Assembly (NCBI GenBank): GCA_964441445.1 | Contig: CAYTYO010000002.1 | Location: forward strand, 1 to 48,382 | Length of the DNA stretch: 48,382 bases | From: an uncultured Gammaproteobacteria bacterium | GTDB lineage: Bacteria > Patescibacteriota > Microgenomatia > CAZETR01 > Amesbacteraceae | Reading direction: 5' to 3' | Notes under the pieces: generated by a model | Seen by the model: only the letters and a program-made list of their open reading frames with translations | Told to the model about the DNA's origin: nothing | Database searches by the model: none | Shown: positions 19,792-28,274 of the stretch, piece by piece | How positions within the stretch are numbered: position 1 is the stretch's first letter | How the letters are laid out: every line of letters starts with the position of its first letter | Made by a program: the position numbers and the translations under genes

Positions 19792-19795
19792 GTGT

Positions 19796-20080
19796 TTAAA
19801 CTCTTACTAAAAGATGCCTCAATACGTCGTTATCAACGACTAACTTCTTTTCCAATTGTACCACTCCATCTCCAGGTATCTCAAGACTGACGCTTACATA
19901 TATTCCCTCTGCCGCCTTTTTAATCCGGTAGGCCAGTTGTTTCTTGCCCATATCCATGGTTTTATCCACCACCCCACCCAAAACTTTAATCAGCTTTTCG
20001 TATTTTTTGACCATTTCGTCTTTGCCATCGTCCTTAAGATCAGGGCGCAGCACCAATGTCAATTCATATTTCGGTTTCAT
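19796..20080 (-). CDS. rpsF: 30S ribosomal protein S6
   Basis: MKPKYELTLVLRPDLKDDG... The start is set at the internal ATG (20080). The track extension overlaps ychF. Conserved rpsF-ssb-rpsR order. Confidence 0.9.
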   Translation of the reverse strand: MKPKYELTLVLRPDLKDDGKDEMVKKYEKLIKVLGGVVDKTMDMGKKQLAYRIKKAAEGIYVSVSLEIPGDGVVQLEKKLVVDNDVLRHLLVRV

Positions 20081-20094
20081 ATTCGCGTATTGTA

Positions 20095-21129
20095 TCAAAC
20101 CCCCACCTTGAATTCCACCACATCCCCTTCCTGCATTATATATTCCCGGCCTTCCTGTCTCACCTTCCCCAACTCTCTCGCCCTTGCCCACCCACCCACT
20201 TTCACAAACTCATCAAAAGCTACAGTCTCGGCCTTGATGAAGTTCTTTTCAAAATCAGTGTGGATTACCCCGGCCGCCGTCGAAGCCGTCATTCCTTTCT
20301 TAATGGTCCACGCCCTTACTTCAATTTCCCCGGCCGTCAGAAAGGACTGCAACCCCAAAATCTCATAGCCCTTTCTGATCAGTTTAGCCAACCCGCTCTC
20401 GCTTACCCCTGCCTGGATCAGGTACTCTATCTGGTCCGCTTCGGGTAATTCTGAAAGTTCAGCTTCCATCTTCGCGCATATCCTCACTTCGTCCCCGTCA
20501 CCGGTTAACTTATCTTCGTCGACGTTAAGCACCACGATTACCGGCTTGGAGGTCAGAAGGCTCATCTGCTTTACTGCATTTGTATCCTCATCATTAAAAA
20601 CCATCTCTGACACTTTCTTTCCGGCTTGAAGCCCGGCTTTAACCTTTTCCGCCAGCGCCAATCTGGTCTTATCCTTCCCGGAAAGAATTTTTTCCACAGT
20701 TTCCAAATCTGCTAGGATTAATTCCGTTTCTAATACTTCTCTGTCTGATTTTGGATCAAACGACCCCGCCCTGATCACGTTATCATCACCAAAATCACGT
20801 AGCACCATTGCGATGGCATCGACCTCACGGATGTGGGACAAAAATTTATTTCCCAATCCTTCACCAGAACTCGCCCCTTTCACCAGTCCCGCAATATCTA
20901 CGAACTTTACAGTCGCATGCACTTCAGGGGGTAAGTGCTCCATCTTTTCAGCCATCTTTACTACCTCCGCTAACATTGCCAACCGTTCATCCGGAACTCC
21001 CACCACTCCCACATTCGGCTCAATTGTCGCAAATGGGTAATTCGCGGCCAGTGCCGCCTGCTTCTTAAGCAAGGCGTTAAATAACGTTGATTTACCGACG
21101 TTCGGCAATCCCACTATCCCTATCTCCAT
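20095..21129 (-). CDS. ychF: Redox-regulated ATPase YchF (Obg-family)
   Basis: MEIGIVGLPNVGKSTLFNAL, NYPFATIEPN, FVDIAGLVKGAS, C-terminal TGS-like IHTDFEKNFIKAE. ATG at 21129 is preferred over TTG at 21153. Confidence 0.93.
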   Translation of the reverse strand: MEIGIVGLPNVGKSTLFNALLKKQAALAANYPFATIEPNVGVVGVPDERLAMLAEVVKMAEKMEHLPPEVHATVKFVDIAGLVKGASSGEGLGNKFLSHIREVDAIAMVLRDFGDDNVIRAGSFDPKSDREVLETELILADLETVEKILSGKDKTRLALAEKVKAGLQAGKKVSEMVFNDEDTNAVKQMSLLTSKPVIVVLNVDEDKLTGDGDEVRICAKMEAELSELPEADQIEYLIQAGVSESGLAKLIRKGYEILGLQSFLTAGEIEVRAWTIKKGMTASTAAGVIHTDFEKNFIKAETVAFDEFVKVGGWARARELGKVRQEGREYIMQEGDVVEFKVGV

Positions 21130-21238
21130 AAAAACATCCCAACTTTTGGTCAAAAAGGGTTAAATGCCCCCCTAACGCAACTTGGCCTCCTTCATATACC
21201 GTTATTTTAACAATAAATCCTCATTAATTGTCCTTAGT

Positions 21239-21715
21239 TCACTTAGCACTCCACAAATTTGGCAATTTATTACTGTACAGGGCGGTTCCAAACCACGCCC
21301 AGTTTTGGATATAGTAGTTTTTCGCATCTTCCCAATAACTGGATCCTGTATCAAAATCCTCATAAAACTTAGCTAAAATCTTTTCCTTGTATATCAAATC
21401 TGCAGTCTCGGGAGAAGTTACAGAAAAATTAACCATGCTCATCGCGTACCCCAATACCGATTCATATTTCTCCCACGGCTCACCACTGTGCGTATATCCA
21501 ACTAGAACTTTTCCGTCATTTATCCACCTGTCCAGCAAAAACCTGCCGCTAAGATCCAATAACTCCTTCGCCCTCTGCTCAGAATTCCATTTATAATCCA
21601 AGGCCAAACGCCACATCGTCCTCACGGCATCATACGAGTAATCCGTCGACTCCAAACCCGGCTCTTCGGCACGACTAAATACTCCGTTTTCATCCATCTG
21701 TAACATGAGCATCAC
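21239..21715 (-). pseudogene. Glycoside hydrolase family 8-like C-terminal fragment (5'-truncated remnant)
   Basis: The 158-aa ORF carries only GH8 C-terminal-type blocks (YSYDAVRTMWRLALDYKW; DAKNYYIQNWAWFGTAL, compare BcsZ SYDAIRVY.W and DAYYNY). An in-frame TGA lies directly upstream (21716-21718). No N-terminal catalytic half is present. Confidence 0.45.
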
Positions 21716-21760
21716 TCATTGTGTAACCTGAGTAACACGATTGAAGCTGATAAGTCAGAT

Positions 21761-23971
21761 CTATTTTCGCCAGTGTGCAGAAATATACTCGTTAGCCTCG
21801 CGCACATCCAACTCATGGGAGGCGTTTCCGGACCTGACATGAAACTCTGCCTTATAACCATCCGTGAGGTAAACCGGGATCACAAACTTTGGTACATCTA
21901 TAGTCAATACTGTTTTCCCTTTCACCTGAACAAATTCTGTGTTCAAATGTGGTCTTATCTCCTTACCTAAGTAGTTAACCATCACGTTGGTAAATGCCAG
22001 CTCATACTTATCGGGGTTTCTCTCGACCAAAGTCTCTAAATCCTTTTCGATGCCCACAATCTCTCCCTGGTCACTCACTCCTATTAATAATCTTCCCCCT
22101 TCCGAATTGGCAAAAGCCGCCACAGTCCTGGCTATTACTTTTTCCAGTACCTTATCTACCTGTTCAGTCCTGTAATTCCATCGCATGGATGCTTTAAACT
22201 CCAACCTGCTACTTTCTCCGCCAGCAATTTGCTCCTCTAATAGTTCTTCTGCGGATTTAGTCGCCGAAATAGGTAAATGCTCAATAAATTCATTTATGGT
22301 CCTGGCAATTTCCGACCTCCTGTATTGCAAAAACTGCCGGAAGTTGTCCACTTCCCACAATGCCCGGTCCTCAGGTATCAATTGCGATTTGAGGGTCTCC
22401 TGTCCCCGCTTCGAGATTATTTCCTTTTCAAAATATACACTCGGGGGGGTATCGGAAATCTTTCTATTGGTACTTCCGCCTAAGAAAACTAAGTTTGCAA
22501 TGTCGTTTATCTCCTTCTGGTCATATTTTGCCTTTGACAACAAGGCTTTCGGAAAAATGTGGTGGGCTTGAATTTTATGGCTCATTCCCAAATGAGAACT
22601 GGATAAAGCCAAACCTGTAAACCAATCTTTTGCACCCCTGGATTTAAAAACGGTATACAGCATGGAGAAAAATGGACTATTGGTAGTCTTGTTTACCAGA
22701 TCATCTGGTGTCACCTCAAACTTCTTAACGTGAGCCTCCAATATGTTAAGAAGATCATTAACGTCCGCATTCCTGAATAGTGACGCTAAGTCTGCATTTA
22801 GAATTGATTCAGAAGACCCCATACCATAGTGCCCGCGCATGTGTGCCAGATATAACCATCTTAAAAGCAGCCTCTCTTCGTCCAGGCTCAAATGGTAATT
22901 TTTAAGATGTGCAAATACCGCGATAGGAATAACCAAACTGGAAGCTGCCAAATCTTCCAGCTTCTCAATCGCAGCATTAGTTCGGACAAAATTAACCGCG
23001 AACCTCATCCCTTGTTTAGCTTTCTCCCACGCTTCCTGAAGCTGAACTACTTTATACTTTCCGATGGTATTAAATTTCGCTTGTTTAGTAGCAAAGACTG
23101 TCAGTGTTCTTACCGCCAACCAATCTGCTACATATTCACCGTCTTCTCCAAACTCTGCAGCAAATTCATCCAACTGGTTCATAAAGCCTTTCCACTTGCT
23201 GGATATTTGCGCGATAGCCAAATCAGATCCCCGCAGCTTTATGCCCAGAGAATTAACCCGGACAAAAATCTCGGTTACTTCCTCATATGACATGCTCTTT
23301 TCTAAAATTTGCATCACATACATATATTCGGTAATTTTTCTTACTCTCTGCAATCTGTCGGCATACTTATCCCACCGCGCATCATCAGAATTTATGCCTA
23401 ATGGTTTTAGCAAATCCCTATCCGGCATCTTAAAAATATCTGATACCGATACCCATGAAGGATTATTTTGTAGTGCTCGATAGCCAACCACAAAGGTCCT
23501 CTTCCTCAGTTCCTCCTGAATATCTATCTGGTTTGACTCACCGTTCTCATTTTCGTCCCCATCAGACATGGAATCGTTTTCATCGACTTCCATCACTTCA
23601 ATCGGTGGCCCGTCGGGGTGATCTAGGTTAAACATAATCTCAATCGGCCGCTTTCGCCTCCGTACCGTGATCGGCTGGCCTGTTAAAACTGCTGATAATG
23701 AAGTAATCCTTTGTTGCCCGTCCAGAAGCAACAACCTGCTTGATGAACTTGGAGTAGAGGTCGGTCTTGAAGCCAATTCTTTTGTCTCTACATCTTCGTC
23801 GGTCTCCCAAACCAATATGGTTCCGGAAGGGTAACCACGATACAATGAGTCCAACAAGTCTCTAACCCTGGTAGCCGGCCACACATATCGTCTTTGCATT
23901 TCCGGTAGTAACAATTCCCCCCTCTGAGTTTTGTCTACCAACTCCCTGACGGAAATATCAGTTTTAGCCAT
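21761..23971 (-). CDS. DUF262 (GmrSD-type ParB-like NTPase) / His-Me finger nuclease / AlbA_2 (Schlafen-type) fusion protein; candidate stand-alone defence nuclease
   Basis: 736 aa. Motifs: LPEMQRRYVW, DGQQR (nt 23708-23722), IFVRVNSLGIKLRGSDL. QAHHIFPKALL...NDIANLVFLGGSTNRKISD lies at nt ~22457-22579. C-terminal GGESSRLEFK...VAAFANSEGGRLLIGVSDQGEIVGIE lies at nt 21764-22222. Confidence 0.88.
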   Translation of the reverse strand: MAKTDISVRELVDKTQRGELLLPEMQRRYVWPATRVRDLLDSLYRGYPSGTILVWETDEDVETKELASRPTSTPSSSSRLLLLDGQQRITSLSAVLTGQPITVRRRKRPIEIMFNLDHPDGPPIEVMEVDENDSMSDGDENENGESNQIDIQEELRKRTFVVGYRALQNNPSWVSVSDIFKMPDRDLLKPLGINSDDARWDKYADRLQRVRKITEYMYVMQILEKSMSYEEVTEIFVRVNSLGIKLRGSDLAIAQISSKWKGFMNQLDEFAAEFGEDGEYVADWLAVRTLTVFATKQAKFNTIGKYKVVQLQEAWEKAKQGMRFAVNFVRTNAAIEKLEDLAASSLVIPIAVFAHLKNYHLSLDEERLLLRWLYLAHMRGHYGMGSSESILNADLASLFRNADVNDLLNILEAHVKKFEVTPDDLVNKTTNSPFFSMLYTVFKSRGAKDWFTGLALSSSHLGMSHKIQAHHIFPKALLSKAKYDQKEINDIANLVFLGGSTNRKISDTPPSVYFEKEIISKRGQETLKSQLIPEDRALWEVDNFRQFLQYRRSEIARTINEFIEHLPISATKSAEELLEEQIAGGESSRLEFKASMRWNYRTEQVDKVLEKVIARTVAAFANSEGGRLLIGVSDQGEIVGIEKDLETLVERNPDKYELAFTNVMVNYLGKEIRPHLNTEFVQVKGKTVLTIDVPKFVIPVYLTDGYKAEFHVRSGNASHELDVREANEYISAHWRK

Positions 23972-24050
23972 TTATAATCGGAATTATATACCCTCTTGAG
24001 GCCAAAAACCGCCAAATCCCAGAGCGCCCTCAACTCCCAAGCCCGCTTGA

Positions 24051-24173
24051 AAGGTTAGCACTATCTATGGAACCTATTTTTCAGACAATCCGCCTGCCAG
24101 AGAAATGGTGTGTGTCAAAGAGCTGCCTCATGGAGCAAAAATCGAAATTAGCGTGATTGCCAAAAAACCCTAA
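24051..24173 (+). pseudogene. RidA/YjgF-family C-terminal remnant (40 codons)
   Basis: The frame opens just after an in-frame TGA at 24048-24050. It reads KVSTIYGTYFSDNPPAREMVCVKELPHGAKIEISVIAKKP*, matching the RidA C-terminal pattern (VY..YF...PAR..V.V..LP....EIE.IA). The first ~85 codons are absent. Confidence 0.55.
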
Positions 24174-24204
24174 ACCACAACATTAACCCCCAACTCAAGT
24201 AAGT

Positions 24205-24720
24205 TCACGAAACCTGACTACTAATCAACTCATTTTTCAGTTTGGTTACATACTCAGTTCTTTCTTCAGGTTTAGACAAAATACTTTTCTTTGCCGAGTT
24301 TTTGTTATATGAATCACCTTCATATCTGGGAAATATATGGTGATGATAATGAAAAGCGTGTTGATTCCCGGCTGGCTCATTATTTTGCCTTGTCGTTATT
24401 CCATCACATCCATAAGCGTTCTTCATAACAATAGACATCTTTTTAACCACTTCAGAAATTCTGTGTCCTACTTCATCAGGTAGCTCATAAATATTCTCAT
24501 AATGTTCATTTGGAACAACTATCACATGCCCTTTTACTGTATCAATCCAAAATGAATTCAAAAACACGCTCACCAAATCATCTTTATAAATTAAATCTGC
24601 CTGTTTTAATAAAGTATCTTCGTTCTCTATTCCACGAACACCTAGGCAAATAGGACATTTATAATTTTCTGGTGCGTGTTTAATAAGAGTTGACTTTCTC
24701 TTTAAATTTATCAAATCCAT
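24205..24720 (-). CDS. HIT-family (histidine triad) nucleotide hydrolase/transferase
   Basis: CPICLGV N-terminal motif, GHVIVVPNEHYENIYEL, histidine triad NQHAFHYHHHIFPRY. Visibly AT-rich. Confidence 0.85.
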   Translation of the reverse strand: MDLINLKRKSTLIKHAPENYKCPICLGVRGIENEDTLLKQADLIYKDDLVSVFLNSFWIDTVKGHVIVVPNEHYENIYELPDEVGHRISEVVKKMSIVMKNAYGCDGITTRQNNEPAGNQHAFHYHHHIFPRYEGDSYNKNSAKKSILSKPEERTEYVTKLKNELISSQVS

Positions 24721-25316
24721 TATAAAACGCCAATATTATTTAAATCGTTTTCCAACTTCTCAGGTGACTCAAACACTAATCCTGTTATGCCTATTAGGCT
24801 GGCTGGTTCCAACATCTTTGGTTTATCATCAATAAATATAGTTTCCTCGGGTTTTGCGTCACCTTTTTCTAAAGCAAACTCATAAATTTTTGGGTTGGGT
24901 TTCCGCACTCCCACCTCATGGGAAAATATACCGCCATCAAACCAAGAAATAAACCCAAATCTTGCGTCTAACTTGTTTACTCTCTCCTTCACATTATCTG
25001 ATAAATACATTACCTTATATTTACCCCGTAACTTATCAATTATCTCTTTGGTACCTGAAATCAATTCATAATTCCCTATCCATTCTTTTTCCAAATCATC
25101 AACCGACTCCTTCAAAGGCAACTTCTCCAAAACCAACCTCCAAAATTCATCTCTGTCAATTTGTCCTTCCCTGTACTTAGTCCCAATATCTCCATCCAAA
25201 ACATTTAATGCTGTTTCTGAAGCTATCCCATATCTAACTGTAATATCATGAATAAATCTCTTAGTCCCATTTGTAAACACTACCCCTCCCAAATCAAACA
25301 AAATCAGTTTATACAT
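24720..25316 (-). CDS. HAD-superfamily hydrolase (subfamily IA-like)
   Basis: Motif I LILFDLGGVVF, SHEVGVRKPNPKIYE (motif III Lys), FIDDKPKML (motif IV). 1-nt overlap with the HIT gene. Confidence 0.85.
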   Translation of the reverse strand: MYKLILFDLGGVVFTNGTKRFIHDITVRYGIASETALNVLDGDIGTKYREGQIDRDEFWRLVLEKLPLKESVDDLEKEWIGNYELISGTKEIIDKLRGKYKVMYLSDNVKERVNKLDARFGFISWFDGGIFSHEVGVRKPNPKIYEFALEKGDAKPEETIFIDDKPKMLEPASLIGITGLVFESPEKLENDLNNIGVL

Positions 25317-25902
25317 ATCGATTTACTGACGATCTTACATCATCAGGGCTTGTAAATAACCTTGCATCTATCCCTAATTCATGTGCCACAGCTACGTTTT
25401 TTTCATCGTCATCCCAATACATCACTTCCTCTGGTTCAACTCCCAACCTTCTCAAAATCTCTTCAAAAAACTCCGTGTGTGACTTTTTTACCCCTAAGTC
25501 GCAGGAAAAAAACTGACCATCAAAATGTTCACCCAATTTCATTTCTTCCAAAAGATATCTCACCCGATATTTCTCCTGATCAGTAGCTAAATAGCACTTA
25601 ACTCCCTTCTGCCTTAAACCATCAACTACCTCCAAAACCTCTGTATCTACTTCCTTTTCGCTACTAAACCAATATTCCATTAATTCCTCTACCGTTCCAG
25701 TCCACCCCCAACCTGCTAAATACTTACCAATTTCCTGTTTTAAATCAGCTTTACCAACCGTACATAAACCAAATTCACCCTTAAAAAACGGCATTACTTG
25801 TTCCAACGGTATCCCCTGCCTTTTTGCTAACTTCTCACTAAAAAACCCTTCTCTCTTTACTACAACTACATCATCCGCATCCCAAAGTATATCCTTTATC
25901 AT
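25309..25902 (-). CDS. HAD-superfamily hydrolase, divergent paralogue
   Basis: Motif I ILWDADDVVV, SCDLGVKKSHTEFFE, MYWDDDEKNV. 8-nt overlap with the downstream HAD gene. Confidence 0.8.
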   Translation of the reverse strand: MIKDILWDADDVVVVKREGFFSEKLAKRQGIPLEQVMPFFKGEFGLCTVGKADLKQEIGKYLAGWGWTGTVEELMEYWFSSEKEVDTEVLEVVDGLRQKGVKCYLATDQEKYRVRYLLEEMKLGEHFDGQFFSCDLGVKKSHTEFFEEILRRLGVEPEEVMYWDDDEKNVAVAHELGIDARLFTSPDDVRSSVNRYV

Positions 25903-25913
25903 GGACTAATTTT

Positions 25914-25932
25914 AACTGACAAACGGTCAGTT
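25914..25932. promoter_or_regulatory. Perfect 7-bp inverted repeat AACTGAC-N5-GTCAGTT just upstream of the HAD-HAD-HIT operon start
   Basis: Seen directly, 12 nt upstream of the start codon at 25902. It could be an operator or a hairpin. Its function is unknown. Confidence 0.25.
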
Positions 25933-26027
25933 TTCTATCATCACTTTAACCCTGCATTTAAGGTAAATGGTACACGCAATTTCTAATCTATCTTCTTATT
26001 TAAGTATTTTCTTATATCGGAGATTAC

Positions 26028-27650
26028 TTATAGCTGCCTGTTATTTATGTCCTTATAGGACCATCTTTTTTTAAACCTGACAGCAAACTTAGTTAGCCTG
26101 CTAACAATCATCAATAGTACTATCCCCACTCCTACTAACACTAACCCTACCTGAAAATTGCCCAGATTATAAAAAGTACTCTGCAGCAATTGGCCGTCTT
26201 CCAACTTAGATTTAAAAATGTCACCTGGAGCTTCAATCCAGATCTTTCTCTCCCCCGTTAATGCCGGCTTAAACATATTCAGTTGTCCCATCCAGCCCAT
26301 AAATATTGAAAACATCACAGCTGCACCGAATAACAATTTAGCCGTCCACCATTTTGTAGTCCGCATTTTGTTAACCACTAATCCCACCGGTAGAATTAAC
26401 CCTGAGGCAAATGGATAAAAGTACCTGACATCATATTGATTACCACCCCAAAAATTTAACACCTTTGCATTAAGCCCTACCCCGAAAATAAAAATTATTA
26501 GCGAAAAAAGCACCACATCCCTTTCCATCCGATCAAACGACTTATACCAAAATCCGCTCAGTAAAACGAAGAGCAAAAACGGCGATATGGCAAATATCCC
26601 GTAAAAATTGTACCTTTGGGCAAAATCAGCCGACGCAAAAACCCTAAGTTCTTTGGGGTAATTGTCAAAATTACTGAAACTATCCGTCCCCAACTTACCC
26701 CAGTTGAACAACACCGACCGGACAGCCGGCCACCATGGCGTTGACAGCCACACTTCGTTAATCCTATTCGGTCCGACAATACCAAGAACAGTGGGCTGCT
26801 TAGTTGTCCCCCACGAACTAACCTGCCCATACCAGTGGAAATTCAATAACACCTGACACCCTACCGTACACATAGCCAGGGCTACTATCTTGAACATCAG
26901 CCTTCGCGGCGTGTTTAGCCACAACCAAACACCCAAGAACAAAGACAGTCCCACAAACAAACTCACATCAATTCCCAGAGCAGTTCCCCACAGACCACCC
27001 AAACACCACCACATACTCTTTCCATTATTTTTTCCCTTACTAAACTTCACCACTAGATAACCGACCATCCCTATGTAAAATACTTCCAATCCGTGCCGAC
27101 TAATCAAATTTGCGTATTTCCATGCATATGTTCCTAACCCCACGGCTAAGCCCAAGAACCATCTCATCCATCTTCCCGTCCCCATCATTGCCAATACTGC
27201 CACCAGATACCCTATTCCCAAAGCCGTAAACGCCCCAAACAATCCTGTTACCACGAGCTCGGTTTTAAAGTCGGCTGCAACTGTAGCCTGAACTGGAAAC
27301 CCATCAGTATTAACTAAGCCGGACACTAATTGTCCCACCTGATAAAAGGGTATTGTCATAACACTTGTCATATATCCCCTCACCCCAAAAGTTTCCCCGT
27401 TCCGTCCGTAAAAAATATCCGGAAACACAAAATAATGCGCACTATTTGCATACCCGGATATATCGACAGAATTTTTTTCTAGCAATGATTTGACCGTGAA
27501 GTACTGTGGCGCATCAGCCGAGTTGTACAACCCCGAGGCACTTATAAAGTACACTACGAATAACACCGCCACCAAACTAAAAACCGACCCTAACTTTTTT
27601 TCTAACAAAAATTTCGTTCCCACTAACCTGCAATTGTACATCGACACCAC
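26028..27650 (-). CDS. Large polytopic membrane protein, possibly GT-C-type glycosyltransferase
   Basis: 540 aa with more than 10 TM helices and a loop-rich N-terminal part. No firm motif, and the start is uncertain. Confidence 0.75.
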   Translation of the reverse strand: MVSMYNCRLVGTKFLLEKKLGSVFSLVAVLFVVYFISASGLYNSADAPQYFTVKSLLEKNSVDISGYANSAHYFVFPDIFYGRNGETFGVRGYMTSVMTIPFYQVGQLVSGLVNTDGFPVQATVAADFKTELVVTGLFGAFTALGIGYLVAVLAMMGTGRWMRWFLGLAVGLGTYAWKYANLISRHGLEVFYIGMVGYLVVKFSKGKNNGKSMWWCLGGLWGTALGIDVSLFVGLSLFLGVWLWLNTPRRLMFKIVALAMCTVGCQVLLNFHWYGQVSSWGTTKQPTVLGIVGPNRINEVWLSTPWWPAVRSVLFNWGKLGTDSFSNFDNYPKELRVFASADFAQRYNFYGIFAISPFLLFVLLSGFWYKSFDRMERDVVLFSLIIFIFGVGLNAKVLNFWGGNQYDVRYFYPFASGLILPVGLVVNKMRTTKWWTAKLLFGAAVMFSIFMGWMGQLNMFKPALTGERKIWIEAPGDIFKSKLEDGQLLQSTFYNLGNFQVGLVLVGVGIVLLMIVSRLTKFAVRFKKRWSYKDINNRQL

Positions 27651-27686
27651 TCACACCTCACCTATTGCAATTCTTTGATTATCTCC

Positions 27687-28151
27687 TTACTTGTAATAAC
27701 TCTTAATCTGGTACAGGAAATACAACCCCAAACCGGTACCGATTATTAATCCCAAAATATTGTATTGGACCAGAGAATAAACCCCACCCACTAATGTGGC
27801 ATAAAACAATAGCTTCCAACCCCGCATCTCTCGCTTCATCAACCCTGATATTGCCGCAAACTGCAATCCCATTTGCACTAGTGCGACCAGCATTCCCAGC
27901 ATGTAGTTAGCGCCAAACCTACCCCCAATGCCCCAAGCTATCGGAGAAAGTATTGCCCCCAACCCAAACACCGCCAAAACTACCGGTAACAACAAAAGAC
28001 CCAATACCAAACTTATCCACGGTCCAAACTTAACCAAAAACTCTTTAATCTCCCCGGGAAGTGGAGGTGCCTTCTTCACTAAGTACTCAGTTAACAATGT
28101 ATCCAATTGCTCAAGTCCCATCCCGGTCGTTTCTTTCTGTTTGTGCTCCAC
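27687..28151 (-). CDS. Small integral membrane protein (4 TM), unknown function
   Basis: 154-aa ORF with a hydrophilic N-terminus followed by four hydrophobic helices. Confidence 0.7.
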   Translation of the reverse strand: MEHKQKETTGMGLEQLDTLLTEYLVKKAPPLPGEIKEFLVKFGPWISLVLGLLLLPVVLAVFGLGAILSPIAWGIGGRFGANYMLGMLVALVQMGLQFAAISGLMKREMRGWKLLFYATLVGGVYSLVQYNILGLIIGTGLGLYFLYQIKSYYK

Positions 28152-28274
28152 ACAAGCAGTATCATCCCTAAGTATAAAAAAAGCAATCCCTCAAAAAGAG
28201 GAGCCCTTTTTTATCTTAAACTCCTAAAAAAACTTATCTGACAAATGATCTTCAAAATAGCATAAAATGAGTAT

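Noticed and set aside
21719-21970. 83-aa plus-strand ORF at the junction between the GH8 remnant and the DUF262 gene.
   Set aside because: It mostly overlaps the AlbA_2-coding 3' end of the DUF262 gene in antisense and has no motif.
25914-25932. The hairpin AACTGAC-AAACG-GTCAGTT as terminator of the upstream minus-strand membrane-protein gene.
   Set aside because: In the minus orientation it is followed by AAAATT, not a U-tract. It is kept only as a possible operator or structure.
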